Source: Minisyncoccota bacterium (GTDB lineage Bacteria; Patescibacteriota; Minisyncoccia; Phycocordibacterales; Phycocordibacteraceae). Taken from it: 64,000 bases of DNA. Positions 1 through 9,800 of this stretch are shown in pieces (within the stretch, counting starts at the first letter, position 1; each line of letters starts with the position of its first letter). The translations under genes were made by a program, and so were the position numbers. The notes under the pieces were generated by a model that saw only the letters and a program-made list of their open reading frames with translations, searched no databases and was not told the origin of the DNA. The stretch covers positions 21,292 through 85,291 of the forward strand of contig DASZTF010000148.1 of the NCBI GenBank assembly GCA_035548315.1, given 5' to 3'.

Positions 1-1037
1 GCGCCCATGTCTTTCGTGAGATACCCCTTCACTTCATGTCCCACGAAGTGTATGAGGCTCTCCTGGCGCTGGTTCGTCAGCTCGAGCTCGTGCGCCAGCT
101 TTTCAATATGCTCTCGCTGCTCGATCTCCCTCCGCACGCTTTTAACCAACACGAACCCAATCACTAGCGTCAGCAAGAGCGTAACGCCAATCAGAATCCT
201 GGTGACTGGACTCAGCGCGAACGCAAACTCAGCAGCCAAGAGACCGGTAAGTGCGACGACGAGCACTTGGGCGCCGAATATCTTCAAATCAAACGCGTGG
301 TACCGGACGATAAGATAACTCAGGTATGCTAGAAAGATCGGCATACCGAACAAACCGTATATCTCAATGTTGTACGCGTACTGCCACGCGTTCAGGAGAA
401 CGTCGAGGTTGGTTAAATACGAAAATAGGAAGAACGCGAACAAGAAAAGCGAAACTCCTGTACCTGCAAGTACAGTCTTGCGCCTAAAGTGCTTATCGGT
501 TGATCGATGTCGCGCAACAAAAGTAAATACAATGGCCGCAAGAATGAATCCAAGACGGGCATAGGTTACGTAGTCCGCTCCCGTTGATGCTTCAAAAGCT
601 TCACAGTTTATTGCATCATATGCGGTCAAATTGAGTCCCAGAAATGTCCAGTATGCCGATGGCGCAAGCACGGCAAGACCCACTAACTTCTGCCACCAAG
701 GGAGATCCCGATCTGCGACAAACACGTAGAGGAAGTAGTATGCAAATGCAAAGAAAACGAGGCTGAGGAAGTCAGTGAGCCCCCAGGTGAACATCATGGA
801 GCCTGCGCCAAGAAACGCGAACCACGAACCGATATCGACAAAACACCATGCAGCAAATGAGAGGCACAGCAAGAACAGAAGGGATCCGCTCAATCGACGG
901 GTGTTGTAGTACACAAAGCCACCAAAGAGGAGTGCGAGTATGGCCGTCGGGATATGCGAGTAGATGAGCAAACCGAGGGATATTTGACCTACAAGATAGT
1001 CATAGCAGTATTGAATATGGATAAGTGCGTCAGGCAT
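1..1037 (-). CDS. Sensor histidine kinase, N-terminal part (5' end inside window, continues beyond position 1)
   Basis: Hand translation of the minus strand from ATG at 1037 gives MPDALIHIQYCYDYLVGQISLGLLIYS..., with about 6-7 hydrophobic helices (7TM-sensor-like), a coiled linker and then HFVGHEVKGYL (HisKA H-box). It is absent from the ORF track because it runs off the window edge. Confidence 0.6.
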   Translation of the reverse strand, partial: MPDALIHIQYCYDYLVGQISLGLLIYSHIPTAILALLFGGFVYYNTRRLSGSLLFLLCLSFAAWCFVDIGSWFAFLGAGSMMFTWGLTDFLSLVFFAFAYYFLYVFVADRDLPWWQKLVGLAVLAPSAYWTFLGLNLTAYDAINCEAFEASTGADYVTYARLGFILAAIVFTFVARHRSTDKHFRRKTVLAGTGVSLFLFAFFLFSYLTNLDVLLNAWQYAYNIEIYGLFGMPIFLAYLSYLIVRYHAFDLKIFGAQVLVVALTGLLAAEFAFALSPVTRILIGVTLLLTLVIGFVLVKSVRREIEQREHIEKLAHELELTNQRQESLIHFVGHEVKGYLTKDMG

Positions 1038-1038
1038 A

Positions 1039-1443
1039 TTATGGGGTGGTATCGGTTGACGAAGCGGCGGAGGTATCTACAGACGAGCTGGCGGTTTCTG
1101 ATTGTGTGCAAGTTTCCCCATCCTCGGCACCATCGGGGGTGCAGTACGTTACGCTACAATCATTAGCTGTTGAGCAATCAAATGCTTCACACGAGTTCTC
1201 AAGAAGGCAACTGGGCGCTAGCCGGCCTGGCAATTCGACCTTTTCATAAGGAGTGGTGTCGCATTCGGCATCCTCTTGTGATGAACAATCTGCGACAAAG
1301 CACGTCTGCTGAGCGGCGTCGCAGGGAGCAGCTGCGTCCACAAGGTAATCCCGCTGGACAACGTACTGGTCATATCGATACCCGACAATAGTAGCGATCG
1401 CTAAGACAAAGACGATAAGGGTAAGGGTCGAGCGCGAGAACAT
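1039..1443 (-). CDS. Small Cys-rich membrane-anchored protein (134 aa)
   Basis: N-terminal TM anchor, 13 Cys and an acidic ST-rich tail. Its stop lies 1 nt before the histidine-kinase ATG (TAA-A-ATG), indicating coupling. Confidence 0.5.
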   Translation of the reverse strand: MFSRSTLTLIVFVLAIATIVGYRYDQYVVQRDYLVDAAAPCDAAQQTCFVADCSSQEDAECDTTPYEKVELPGRLAPSCLLENSCEAFDCSTANDCSVTYCTPDGAEDGETCTQSETASSSVDTSAASSTDTTP

Positions 1444-1451
1444 ACTCTACA

Positions 1452-2264
1452 TTATATGGCACTCCGTTCCATTTTTTCATCTACGATAGCCTTCTGGGTA
1501 TAAGGGTGAGCATGCCAGAATTGATCTCCTTCGATTTCCGTAGGAGCAAGCGTCACGATAAGTGGCTTCACGCCAGCCTCCGCTATCAGTTCTTCTATAG
1601 CTGGCACTATCACCGTCTTAGTAAAACTGAATTCCTTTTCATCGATGAAGAAGTTCTCGAACAAAATTCCATCGCGAAGAAAAAGGGCGAGGAATTGCTT
1701 GTAGTAATCTTTTGCCGTTGGACCGAATGACCGCAACCATTCAGAAATATCGTGGGCGCAATCAGTATGACGGGGAAAGCTTTTTTGGAATAGCTCATGA
1801 TGGAAGTCCACGAGTGATTGACCCCAGATGGTAGTGACAGCTGAAATGGGTTTATTATTGCTCGCATTGAAGTCAATGACGCGGATGCTTTCCCAGACCG
1901 CTTCACCTTTCTTGTTCACTCCCTTGTGAAAGCAGAGCTTACCCAGAAAGTATTTACCTTCATTGCGATCATTAAATTTATCTTCTCCGTACTCGAGGAT
2001 GAGTGGCTTGAGTTCATGGAGCGCGTCTGCAACGGCCAAGAAGCGATATATCTCATAGTTGCTAGTAGCGATATGGCGGAATAGCACCATACTTTGCGCC
2101 CCGCGCATTGCGGGAGGAACACCGTGTGGCAGAAGCCGCCCCAGGAATGCGTCGAGTTGGGCATTGCTTTTGCGGTGCCTCAGCTCCTCGAGGGCCTGCT
2201 CCCATGGAGTGTAAACCAACGAGTTGAATTTTTCCCTACTTGAGAGGATTTCATTTACTTCCAT
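1452..2264 (-). CDS. Hypothetical cytoplasmic protein (270 aa), no recognisable domain
   Basis: Long ORF, same strand as and immediately upstream of the Cys-rich gene and histidine kinase. GC about 48-50%, lower than the rest of the window. Confidence 0.5.
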   Translation of the reverse strand: MEVNEILSSREKFNSLVYTPWEQALEELRHRKSNAQLDAFLGRLLPHGVPPAMRGAQSMVLFRHIATSNYEIYRFLAVADALHELKPLILEYGEDKFNDRNEGKYFLGKLCFHKGVNKKGEAVWESIRVIDFNASNNKPISAVTTIWGQSLVDFHHELFQKSFPRHTDCAHDISEWLRSFGPTAKDYYKQFLALFLRDGILFENFFIDEKEFSFTKTVIVPAIEELIAEAGVKPLIVTLAPTEIEGDQFWHAHPYTQKAIVDEKMERSAI

Positions 2265-2329
2265 TGGATTGTGCGAAATTGAGACAGTAGCCCCTTATCA
2301 CTATAGTATTCGTAGTACCATTGGTAGGA

Positions 2330-2881
2330 CTAGAAGGCAATCCCAAACGGGGGACTAATTATTCTCCATAAGTATTCTAGGAATTCGACAACGATTCCTA
2401 CCTTGAGCAGCCACCAAGCATTCGCTACAGCAGTTGCAGCAAGAAATATGCCCCAGTCCCTCACAGTTAGCCCCGTGAAATGCTGGCGACGATAATGAAT
2501 CGCAACGATTACGGGGTCGAGTGGAAATAGAAGGGTGACGAAAACGATTGGGCTTGTAAGCTTTTCCCACCACGTGGTCTTCTTCTTCCCTATCCACGTA
2601 GCAAGTTTTGCAATATTACTCTTGTTCTCTTCGTCTTCTAGCTCTCGTAATGCGTGCGCACCGAGCCAATCTACCCGCAAATATTCGTACAGCCAGAAAA
2701 CGAACGCATTGATTGGAAATGTAAGCCCTGCGGCGATGATGCCGCCCACAAAGAAACCCCAGTACGCAAGGGCAAAAGGATAGAAAATGAAATCATAAAG
2801 GAAATTGAAGGATTCCCAGAGGAAAATCCCTGTTCCTATTTCCTGAATCTTTTTATAGTGTCGTCGAGCAAAAGAGATCAT
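2330..2881 (-). CDS. Hypothetical integral membrane protein (183 aa)
   Basis: 4-5 predicted TM helices, Trp-rich; unknown family. Confidence 0.45.
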   Translation of the reverse strand: MISFARRHYKKIQEIGTGIFLWESFNFLYDFIFYPFALAYWGFFVGGIIAAGLTFPINAFVFWLYEYLRVDWLGAHALRELEDEENKSNIAKLATWIGKKKTTWWEKLTSPIVFVTLLFPLDPVIVAIHYRRQHFTGLTVRDWGIFLAATAVANAWWLLKVGIVVEFLEYLWRIISPPFGIAF

Positions 2882-2909
2882 ATCTCCAGTATACCGACAG
2901 GCCTTATGC

Positions 2910-2937
2910 TTGACTTTTCATAGGTATTATGTAATAT
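2910..2937 (+). promoter_or_regulatory. Sigma70-like promoter: -35 TTGACT, 16-nt spacer, -10 TAATAT
   Basis: Seen upstream of the ATG at 2976; AAAGGAG Shine-Dalgarno at 2961-2967. Confidence 0.45.
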
Positions 2938-2975
2938 ACTTAAGTCCACAAAAACCACCTGAAAGGAGTGATCCC

Positions 2976-3233
2976 ATGCGTACATTCTATATCTCACTTG
3001 CAGCAGGTCTCCTGCTTGCAGGTGCGGCACATGCAGCCACCGAGTGCTCGGCCCAGCGCGCCGAGGGAAACGCCAGTATCCTGACGTTCCCCTGCGCGCA
3101 GCCGAAGTTCAAGGAATACGCGGCACTGCACCCAGACAAAGCACTGGCCTGCAGCGCCTCGTATCGCTCCGGCTCTCACGAACCGGTCGGCTACGTCTGC
3201 ACCGTCCGCCGCAAACTTCTGCCCACGCCCTGA
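2976..3233 (+). CDS. Small secreted Cys-containing protein (85 aa)
   Basis: Signal peptide MRTFYISLAAGLLLAGAAHA, 6 Cys. The listed ORF start at 2910 lies inside the promoter; ATG 2976 with Shine-Dalgarno is preferred. Confidence 0.5.
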   Translation: MRTFYISLAAGLLLAGAAHAATECSAQRAEGNASILTFPCAQPKFKEYAALHPDKALACSASYRSGSHEPVGYVCTVRRKLLPTP

Positions 3234-3248
3234 TTGGGGTGTCGGACG

Positions 3249-3285
3249 AAAAGCCGCTTGAAGCAACCCTTCAAGCGGCTTTCCC
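3249..3285. terminator. Rho-independent terminator hairpin (aaaagccgcttgaag / cttcaagcggcttt)
   Basis: Perfect 14-bp stem followed by T-tract; sits between convergent genes. Confidence 0.5.
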
Positions 3286-3363
3286 TTTGATGAGACAAGT
3301 ACCATCACCTTGTTCACATTCCTGCTACATCCACTGCAAACCTCTCACAATCTTGTTTTCCTC

Positions 3364-4515
3364 TTACGAGTTAGGAATAAAGAGAGGCGGTGTCTGGAAC
3401 TCCGAACTGTGCTGATCAACGTCTAGCGTCTGGAGGCTGTTGAGGTCACTATCGGTCGTCGAGAACCGCAGCGCGTCAAGTCCAACTTGGTAATAGTCCG
3501 TAGCGCTTGGATCGATATAAGCAACTGAGGAAAATGTTTCCGTATCGCCCGCGTGAATCACCCAAAATGAAGTATTTCCTGGATCCACGTCTGCGGTCGA
3601 ACTTGCTGCGAGCGATGTTGTCCCCACTGCTTGATGTGAAAGATTCAAATCCAAGATCAAACCGCTTTGGGTATTCTCCGTAGTTGAGGAAATGAGGCGC
3701 GGTATGTATATATCGCCACCAAGCGCAGTTACCGCTGCATCGATGGTGAAGGTTCCGTAGCTCTTACTTGGGTCTGCAGCATTGTAGGTAAGAACAGCTG
3801 CAGAATCTGCACCAACTACATTCACCCCAGGATAAATGGACAACGTCTGCCTATTCCCTTGTGCCGTGCCTACTACCGAATCAGCTTTTCCCGACTTCGC
3901 ATTTATAGCCGTAATGCTCGTTCCCTCTGAAATGGACGTTAGTGACTCCCCCGTTGCTGCATAATTCCCCTTTTGCGGCAATAGACCAATGCTTACAACG
4001 AAAGGTTGTGTTGCGCCTTTTGCAATTTTAATCGGGGTGGAAAATGTGAACGAAATCGTGTTGTCGGTATGTAGTACGCCGGTGCCATAGATATGGCCCT
4101 TTTCGTTTTTGATAATCGCCTTTGCAACGATATCAGTAATGTTGGCAGCTGGACTTTGAGGAGGGCTGCTCGTAGATACTTCGAGCGTTACGTTCTGTAT
4201 GAGTGTTGCGCCACCTTCTCCGTCATTCCTGAGATCAAAGGCAAACAAGGTGACGTTTTTGGTCTGCTTCTTTGCCGAGACAAGAACCAATTGTGCAGGA
4301 GGATTATTTGCGTCAAGGAAATCGTGAACGGTACTAGTCGCTGCACCCCTTGGTTCGACTGCAGTGCTTGGATTGGTGTGCGTAGATGGTGTTTGCGACA
4401 CCGGTGCCGAATGGATTGAGGCAGTTATGCGAGCAGCTGCATATGCAGGCATCGTTTGAGAGAGAAATATAACTAAGATGGCCAAAATTGCGGATGCGTA
4501 GGTGCGAGACTTCAT
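3364..4515 (-). CDS. Secreted beta-rich surface protein (383 aa), hypothetical
   Basis: Signal peptide MKSRTYASAILAILVIFLSQTMPAYAAA; Thr/Ser/Gly-rich, Ig-like composition. Confidence 0.55.
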   Translation of the reverse strand: MKSRTYASAILAILVIFLSQTMPAYAAARITASIHSAPVSQTPSTHTNPSTAVEPRGAATSTVHDFLDANNPPAQLVLVSAKKQTKNVTLFAFDLRNDGEGGATLIQNVTLEVSTSSPPQSPAANITDIVAKAIIKNEKGHIYGTGVLHTDNTISFTFSTPIKIAKGATQPFVVSIGLLPQKGNYAATGESLTSISEGTSITAINAKSGKADSVVGTAQGNRQTLSIYPGVNVVGADSAAVLTYNAADPSKSYGTFTIDAAVTALGGDIYIPRLISSTTENTQSGLILDLNLSHQAVGTTSLAASSTADVDPGNTSFWVIHAGDTETFSSVAYIDPSATDYYQVGLDALRFSTTDSDLNSLQTLDVDQHSSEFQTPPLFIPNS

Positions 4516-4642
4516 ATGTGGCGGTTATACCACGGAATTGCATCATTGGACAGGTGTAGTTCATCTACGCTCCATACTTGATTCACAGGTCTTTCAGCGA
4601 CCTTCTGCAATGATTGAGACGTTATCAACTAACGGAATACCT

Positions 4643-5158
4643 ATGAAGAGTACGTACTCAACAATTCGTTCTACCATTGCCGCGGCTGCTATCGCTGGCG
4701 CTGCCGCAGGCAGTATCGCGCTCGCCGCACCAGCGTTCGCCGCTGATACGATAGTGACCGGCTACGAGACCGGCTATTCGTACCACCAGGGCCTCGCAAA
4801 CGGCTCGGGTGCAGCGCTCATGGCGCAGCAGTACGGGACCCAGCAGTCAAACGGCATTACGACGACCGATACCTCGGTCGCCCCGTCTGACGTGAGCGTG
4901 GCCCCGACCAACAGCGTGACCACCGAGCTCCCTGCGAGCGCGCAGGCTGCTGTGGCACCGGCACCGGTGCAGCAGCCGACGGTGGCGCAGGCCGCGAGCC
5001 CGACGCTCGCTGACCAATTCGCGGCTATCCCGGTGACGACGTGGGCGGCACTCGCGCTCATCCTGCTCGCGCTCATCCTCGTGATCCTCATGCTCGCGAC
5101 CCCGGCCGAGACCGTGACGCGCACGCGCACCACGCGCAGCTACCAGTACCACTCGTAG
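4643..5158 (+). CDS. Secreted ST/Ala-rich protein with C-terminal TM anchor
   Basis: Signal peptide MKSTYSTIRSTIAAAAIAGAAAGSIALAAPAFA. C-terminus is ALALILLALILVILMLATPAETVTRTRTTR: a hydrophobic helix plus basic tail, sortase/exosortase-like in architecture but without an LPXTG motif. Confidence 0.5.
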   Translation: MKSTYSTIRSTIAAAAIAGAAAGSIALAAPAFAADTIVTGYETGYSYHQGLANGSGAALMAQQYGTQQSNGITTTDTSVAPSDVSVAPTNSVTTELPASAQAAVAPAPVQQPTVAQAASPTLADQFAAIPVTTWAALALILLALILVILMLATPAETVTRTRTTRSYQYHS

Positions 5159-5176
5159 CCGCACAGTGCTGACATA

Positions 5177-5211
5177 ACGCACGCGCCCCTCGCTGAGGGG
5201 CGCGTGCGCGT
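5177..5211. terminator. GC-rich bidirectional terminator hairpin
   Basis: acgcacgcgcccctc-gctg-aggggcgcgtgcgcgt, between convergent genes. Confidence 0.5.
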
Positions 5212-5235
5212 ACTACTTAATTACTAGTGTCGCGG

Positions 5236-5895
5236 CTACTTCTGCCCTGCTGGAATGCCGTCCATAATGCGCTTCGCGCTGACATCCGTCCCACTCACCG
5301 TACCGTCAATGCCGACGGAATCGCCGACTTGAATATCGGAGACTGAGATGGTCTCCATTTTCGACGCGGTGGCACCCGACGCATCTACCGTGTAGGTAGT
5401 GCCGTTGTCACCTGTGACCGTGACGGTCGTGCCATTCACGGCAGTGACTTTACCACGCACACCCGGCATCATGCCGCCCTTCCCCGGGCGACCGAACATG
5501 CCGACGTCAATAGTGGTCGCAGTGATCTGCGTGCCATTTGCGGTACCATGCACCGCGACGACATCGCCGACCTGGATAGTGGAAACGGCCACCGTGGTGT
5601 CCGTGGGTTCACCGCCCTGCGTGGCAGGAGGATTATGCTTGGTCACGGTGGCACCAGAGGCGTCCACCGTGTACGTAGTGCTGCCTTTCATATCCTCAAC
5701 CGTGAGCGTGGTGCCGCTCACGGCAGTGACCTTGCCGATGGCGGTCGGGCGCTCCATGGGCGGATGCGCGGCGCCCGAAACACTGGTGCTGGAATTAGTG
5801 GTGTCCGCCTTAGCGATGGCCACCGCCCCTCCTCCGGCGCTAATAACAAGTGCGAGCGCTGCGAGCGGAACGACTACCTTCTTATTCGTAAGCAT
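5236..5895 (-). CDS. Secreted protein with two tandem about 75-aa repeats (DUF5666-like)
   Basis: Signal peptide. Repeat 1: GKVTAVSGTTLTVEDMKGSTTYTVDASGATVTK. Repeat 2: GKVTAVNGTTVTVTGDNGTTYTVDASGATASK. Each repeat is followed by IQVGDxV...GT. Confidence 0.55.
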   Translation of the reverse strand: MLTNKKVVVPLAALALVISAGGGAVAIAKADTTNSSTSVSGAAHPPMERPTAIGKVTAVSGTTLTVEDMKGSTTYTVDASGATVTKHNPPATQGGEPTDTTVAVSTIQVGDVVAVHGTANGTQITATTIDVGMFGRPGKGGMMPGVRGKVTAVNGTTVTVTGDNGTTYTVDASGATASKMETISVSDIQVGDSVGIDGTVSGTDVSAKRIMDGIPAGQK

Positions 5896-5980
5896 GATTT
5901 CTAGCTATTTCTAAACCACGTTGCGAATCCATGGCGGGCAGAGCCCGTACTAGTACTACGCGGCGAGGCCGCGATTCGGT

Positions 5981-6388
5981 TCACCTAAGCAGGAGCCCGC
6001 AAATACCCGCTGTAGCCCACCCGAGTATGGAGACGGCGCCGCTCGCAAGCAGCATGCGCTTTTCTCCAGCGCTCAATGCGTCCCAGGTGCGCGTCGCTGC
6101 ATCAGTAGAAAAGCGATCGAGGAACGCACTGTTAATGATGAGCGCGGCGACCGCGACCATTTTGACGATGAACGTGGTGTCGGAGAGATAGAGCGCGGGC
6201 GCACGCAGATAGAGGAATCCGCCGGTGATGATGGTGAGGGCGAGACCACTGGCGACAAGGTAGTGGACGACGCGAAGGCTGTTGGTGTTGAGCTGCTTCT
6301 TCCCGAAGAGATACCTGAGCGCCTGCTCGTCTGCGTATGCAACGACGAGCAGCGTAAGAATAATGAATACTACGTGGAGCGTCTTCAT
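5981..6388 (-). CDS. Small integral membrane protein (135 aa)
   Basis: 4 predicted TM helices. Confidence 0.45.
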   Translation of the reverse strand: MKTLHVVFIILTLLVVAYADEQALRYLFGKKQLNTNSLRVVHYLVASGLALTIITGGFLYLRAPALYLSDTTFIVKMVAVAALIINSAFLDRFSTDAATRTWDALSAGEKRMLLASGAVSILGWATAGICGLLLR

Positions 6389-6391
6389 AGA

Positions 6392-6820
6392 CTAGGATGC
6401 GAGGCTGCCTATTTTGAACGATGCGAGAATGCTCTGCGCGCGTGGGTCGCGACCGTGCATGCTTTCGAATGTCGCGGTGCCGTCTCTGCCGCAGATAAAA
6501 AGGATCGCCTGCTCCCCGCCCGGGTGCTGACCAATCCAGGAGGTCAGGTCGTATACGTCGCCGCCAATTGCGGTCCAACAGCTCGACGCGCCATTATGTG
6601 CCGCGACCTGCGCCATCGTGTATCCGGATGTTCCCGCACCAGAATCAGAACCAGTCGTATCTCCGCTCGTGCCTGTAGCAGTTGCGTCGGTACCCGTATC
6701 GGTACCCGTCGCTACGGACGGCGTGACCTGCACCTGCGGAGGAGTGCCTGGGTTCGCATAGTAAAATCCGCCCACCAGGACGAGAAGAAAGAGTACACCG
6801 AGAGCTGCCGACGTCTTCAT
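6392..6820 (-). CDS. Cytochrome b5-like heme-binding domain protein, N-terminally anchored
   Basis: TM anchor, TG/ST-rich linker, then YTMAQVAAHNGASSCWTAIGGDVYDLTSWIGQHPGG: a b5-type fold with the HPGG motif. Confidence 0.55.
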   Translation of the reverse strand: MKTSAALGVLFLLVLVGGFYYANPGTPPQVQVTPSVATGTDTGTDATATGTSGDTTGSDSGAGTSGYTMAQVAAHNGASSCWTAIGGDVYDLTSWIGQHPGGEQAILFICGRDGTATFESMHGRDPRAQSILASFKIGSLAS

Positions 6821-6863
6821 GCGATACCTATACTACGGGTCGTGGCGCGGAAATGGTGCGTAC

Positions 6864-9800
6864 CTAGTGCGTACTCATCGAGGCGCGCGTGAGCGGGCCG
6901 TAATACCCGGCGGCCGGAGCGATGCCCCGTGCCTTCTGATACGCCGCGAGCGCGGCGCGGGTCTGCGCGCCGAAGTAGCCGGTCGCACCAGCCGGAATGG
7001 TAAACCCATGCGCAATAAGAAACTGCTGGAGCGCCGTCACATCGGCACCCTGCGCGCCAAGGGTGATATCACGGGTAGGGAGCGCACCCGCAGTCGGGTG
7101 GGTACCGACCTGTGCCACGAGCGCTTGGTACTGCGCCATGAGTTCGGAGAGTTTCGACTGCAGGCCGGCGACACCCGATGGCGGACTGAATACATTCGAG
7201 AAGCCTAGGGTGGAAGAAGAACCCCGGTGAGAGACGCGTGCCGGACCCTTGTGCGGGATGACCGTGGGAGTGACTTCATCCGCAGAAGGCGGGCTCCACG
7301 ACGACGTATTAAGTTCATCAAAATCGGTCCGGCCGTCGTATGCAGAAGCAACATAGCTGCCCGCGCCGTCGTTCACACCGACCGCGGTCGCGTCGTTAAT
7401 CGGCGCCGTCTGGGGGCCGTAATTTATTTCAAACGTATTGTCGTTCTTGAGGACGATCTCGAAGTCTGCGATGCTGTCGCCATTCTCGATGTCGGTCGCC
7501 TGCCACCTGAATATCACCTGGCCATCGCCGTTATCGGTGACGTAAATGTCGTCGCCCTCGTTCTCATTCGTGAGGAGGTCATTGCCGTACGCAAATATCA
7601 CCGGCACCCCGATGCCGTCGGCGACGCTCACATTATATTCATCGATATTGCCACCATCAGAAAAGGCAAGGTAGCCGTTCGAATCCACATACACGCGGTC
7701 GTACGTTTGCCCATAGAACGTGAACGTAAACGGCAGGTCGTACTCCCAGTGGTCGTCGTCGGCGTTCCAGCCCTGCGCCGTGCCGCCGCCGTGATAGTGA
7801 TTCACGTCGAGAATAGTCTCTACGGGACTCTCGCCGTTTGAGCGTGATGGCGTGGTGAAATCGTCTGACTCGTCGGGTTCGGGTCCTTCGTAGGTGCGCA
7901 GGAGCGGCAGCGGTGCGTCGTTCCCCGAGAGATCCCACACTACTGAACTGTTCCAAGAAGCGATCGGTGTGCCGTCGGTGCCGAGCCAGTAGCCATCAGC
8001 GCTCCCGTCGACGCCAATGCACACATCGCCGAAGTCATCTCCCGGTGCGTTGCAATCGGAAAGCCCCGACTGCACGGTATCGAAGTAGTTGTCGTAGAGC
8101 TGGCTCGGCGGATTGTCTGAATCGATGTAGCCCACGAACCCTCCTATGGGCGCTCCGCCTGTGGTGACGGCTGCGGTGGAGAATGAATGGAGTACCGCGC
8201 CGTCATTCGACTCCATCGTGCCGACGAGTCCTCCTGAGGCATACGCCTCGCTATGATCACCGGCATTCACGGTGCCCGCCGCATAGCTACGCGAGATAAG
8301 CCCGTCTACCACTAACCCTGCGACGCCGCCGAATGCCCCGTACTCCATACTGGGAAGATCGGCATTGTACTCGGTGATGCCGGTACTGTAGCTATTGCGG
8401 ATACGCGCACCGCCGTCTACGAATCCGGCGATGCCACCGGCGCCGAAGGCGCCGGATATATGTGCATTAGTGCTCGAGCGGGAAATGAGCGCTCCGGGTC
8501 CACTATCAAGGTCGTTGAAGGCAAAGCCTGCAATACCGCCCACGATAAAGGGTGAGATAGCGGTGCCGTCGAACTCACTCCCATCGACCTCGCCGCCGTA
8601 GAGGCCGCCGACGAGGCCGCCCGTACCGGCAAAGGGATAATTGGCTCCGCTTGGGTTGACCGAGACAACCGTCGCACCAGAGGATACCCGTATGAGCGTC
8701 GTATCTGCCGCGACGCCGACGATGCTCCCCGTGAGGTCATCACCCACGATGAGACTGTCGGCCGATATCGCGAGGTCATGAATGGTCGCGCCATAGGTGA
8801 ATCGAAAGAGGCCGTTCGCGCTTTCTCCCTCGTTCTCCACATCGATGGTGATGGTGTGCCCTGCGCCGTCAAAGTCACCCGTGAAGGGTCCGCTGAAATC
8901 GCCGCTGCCGATCATGATGAAATTTCCCGCTGCTGAACAATCGAGGTCGGTGTCGAGCACATAATCGCTGGTGAGATAACTATTCACGCCGACCAGGTCC
9001 TCGCAGCTGTCGATGACGTACGGATTCTCTGAACTGCCGTCTCCGGAAGCGAACGTGTAGTCACCTCCTCCCCCGCCGCCCGTACAGTCGCTCGTAGTAA
9101 ACGTGGCATCACTCGAGGTCGCGGTTTCCCCATCCTCGTTCGTGAACGATTGCACGAAGTGGTACGTGGTGGCGCACGCAAGACCGGTGACATCGGTAGC
9201 GCCGCTGTCAGCAAACGAAGCAGTGTAGGTGACGGGCGTGTTCTGCGCGTAATCGCCATGCGCAGTGTAGTACGCGTCGTCCGCGTAGTGCAGTTCAAAA
9301 TGATGGAGCGGCGAGGAACCGACACTCGCCATGTCGTAGTGGACGATGACCGAGTTCTCGGTGATGTCGCTCACTGCACCCGAATCATCGGCGAATACTG
9401 GTGGCGCCGGCGGCGCCTTGAGGGTGAAGGGGTCCGACACAATCACAGAACCTGTCGCATAGGCATCCTGCACCGTGATGCGCAGCTCTGCGTTGGTCGT
9501 GCTCGCTTGCGGTGCGTCGTCGGTAAAGTCCCAGTAGAACGGCACATTATCGCGATTATTGACGCCGTCACCATAGGTGGGGATGTTGGTTATCGTGTTC
9601 CCGCTTATGGGGAATGCTGCACCAGAAAGATGCCCTGCATTCGTCCACGTGCTCCCACCATCAAGCGAGTACTCCACCGCGATCGACACCGGGTCGCTCT
9701 CCGTATCATTAATGTGCACATTCGGACTCACGGTAGAAGCGGTCGGCGAATCTTGTGTCGGCTCGTCATTCCAATCCATCGTGGGCGGGTTGTTGGGCGT

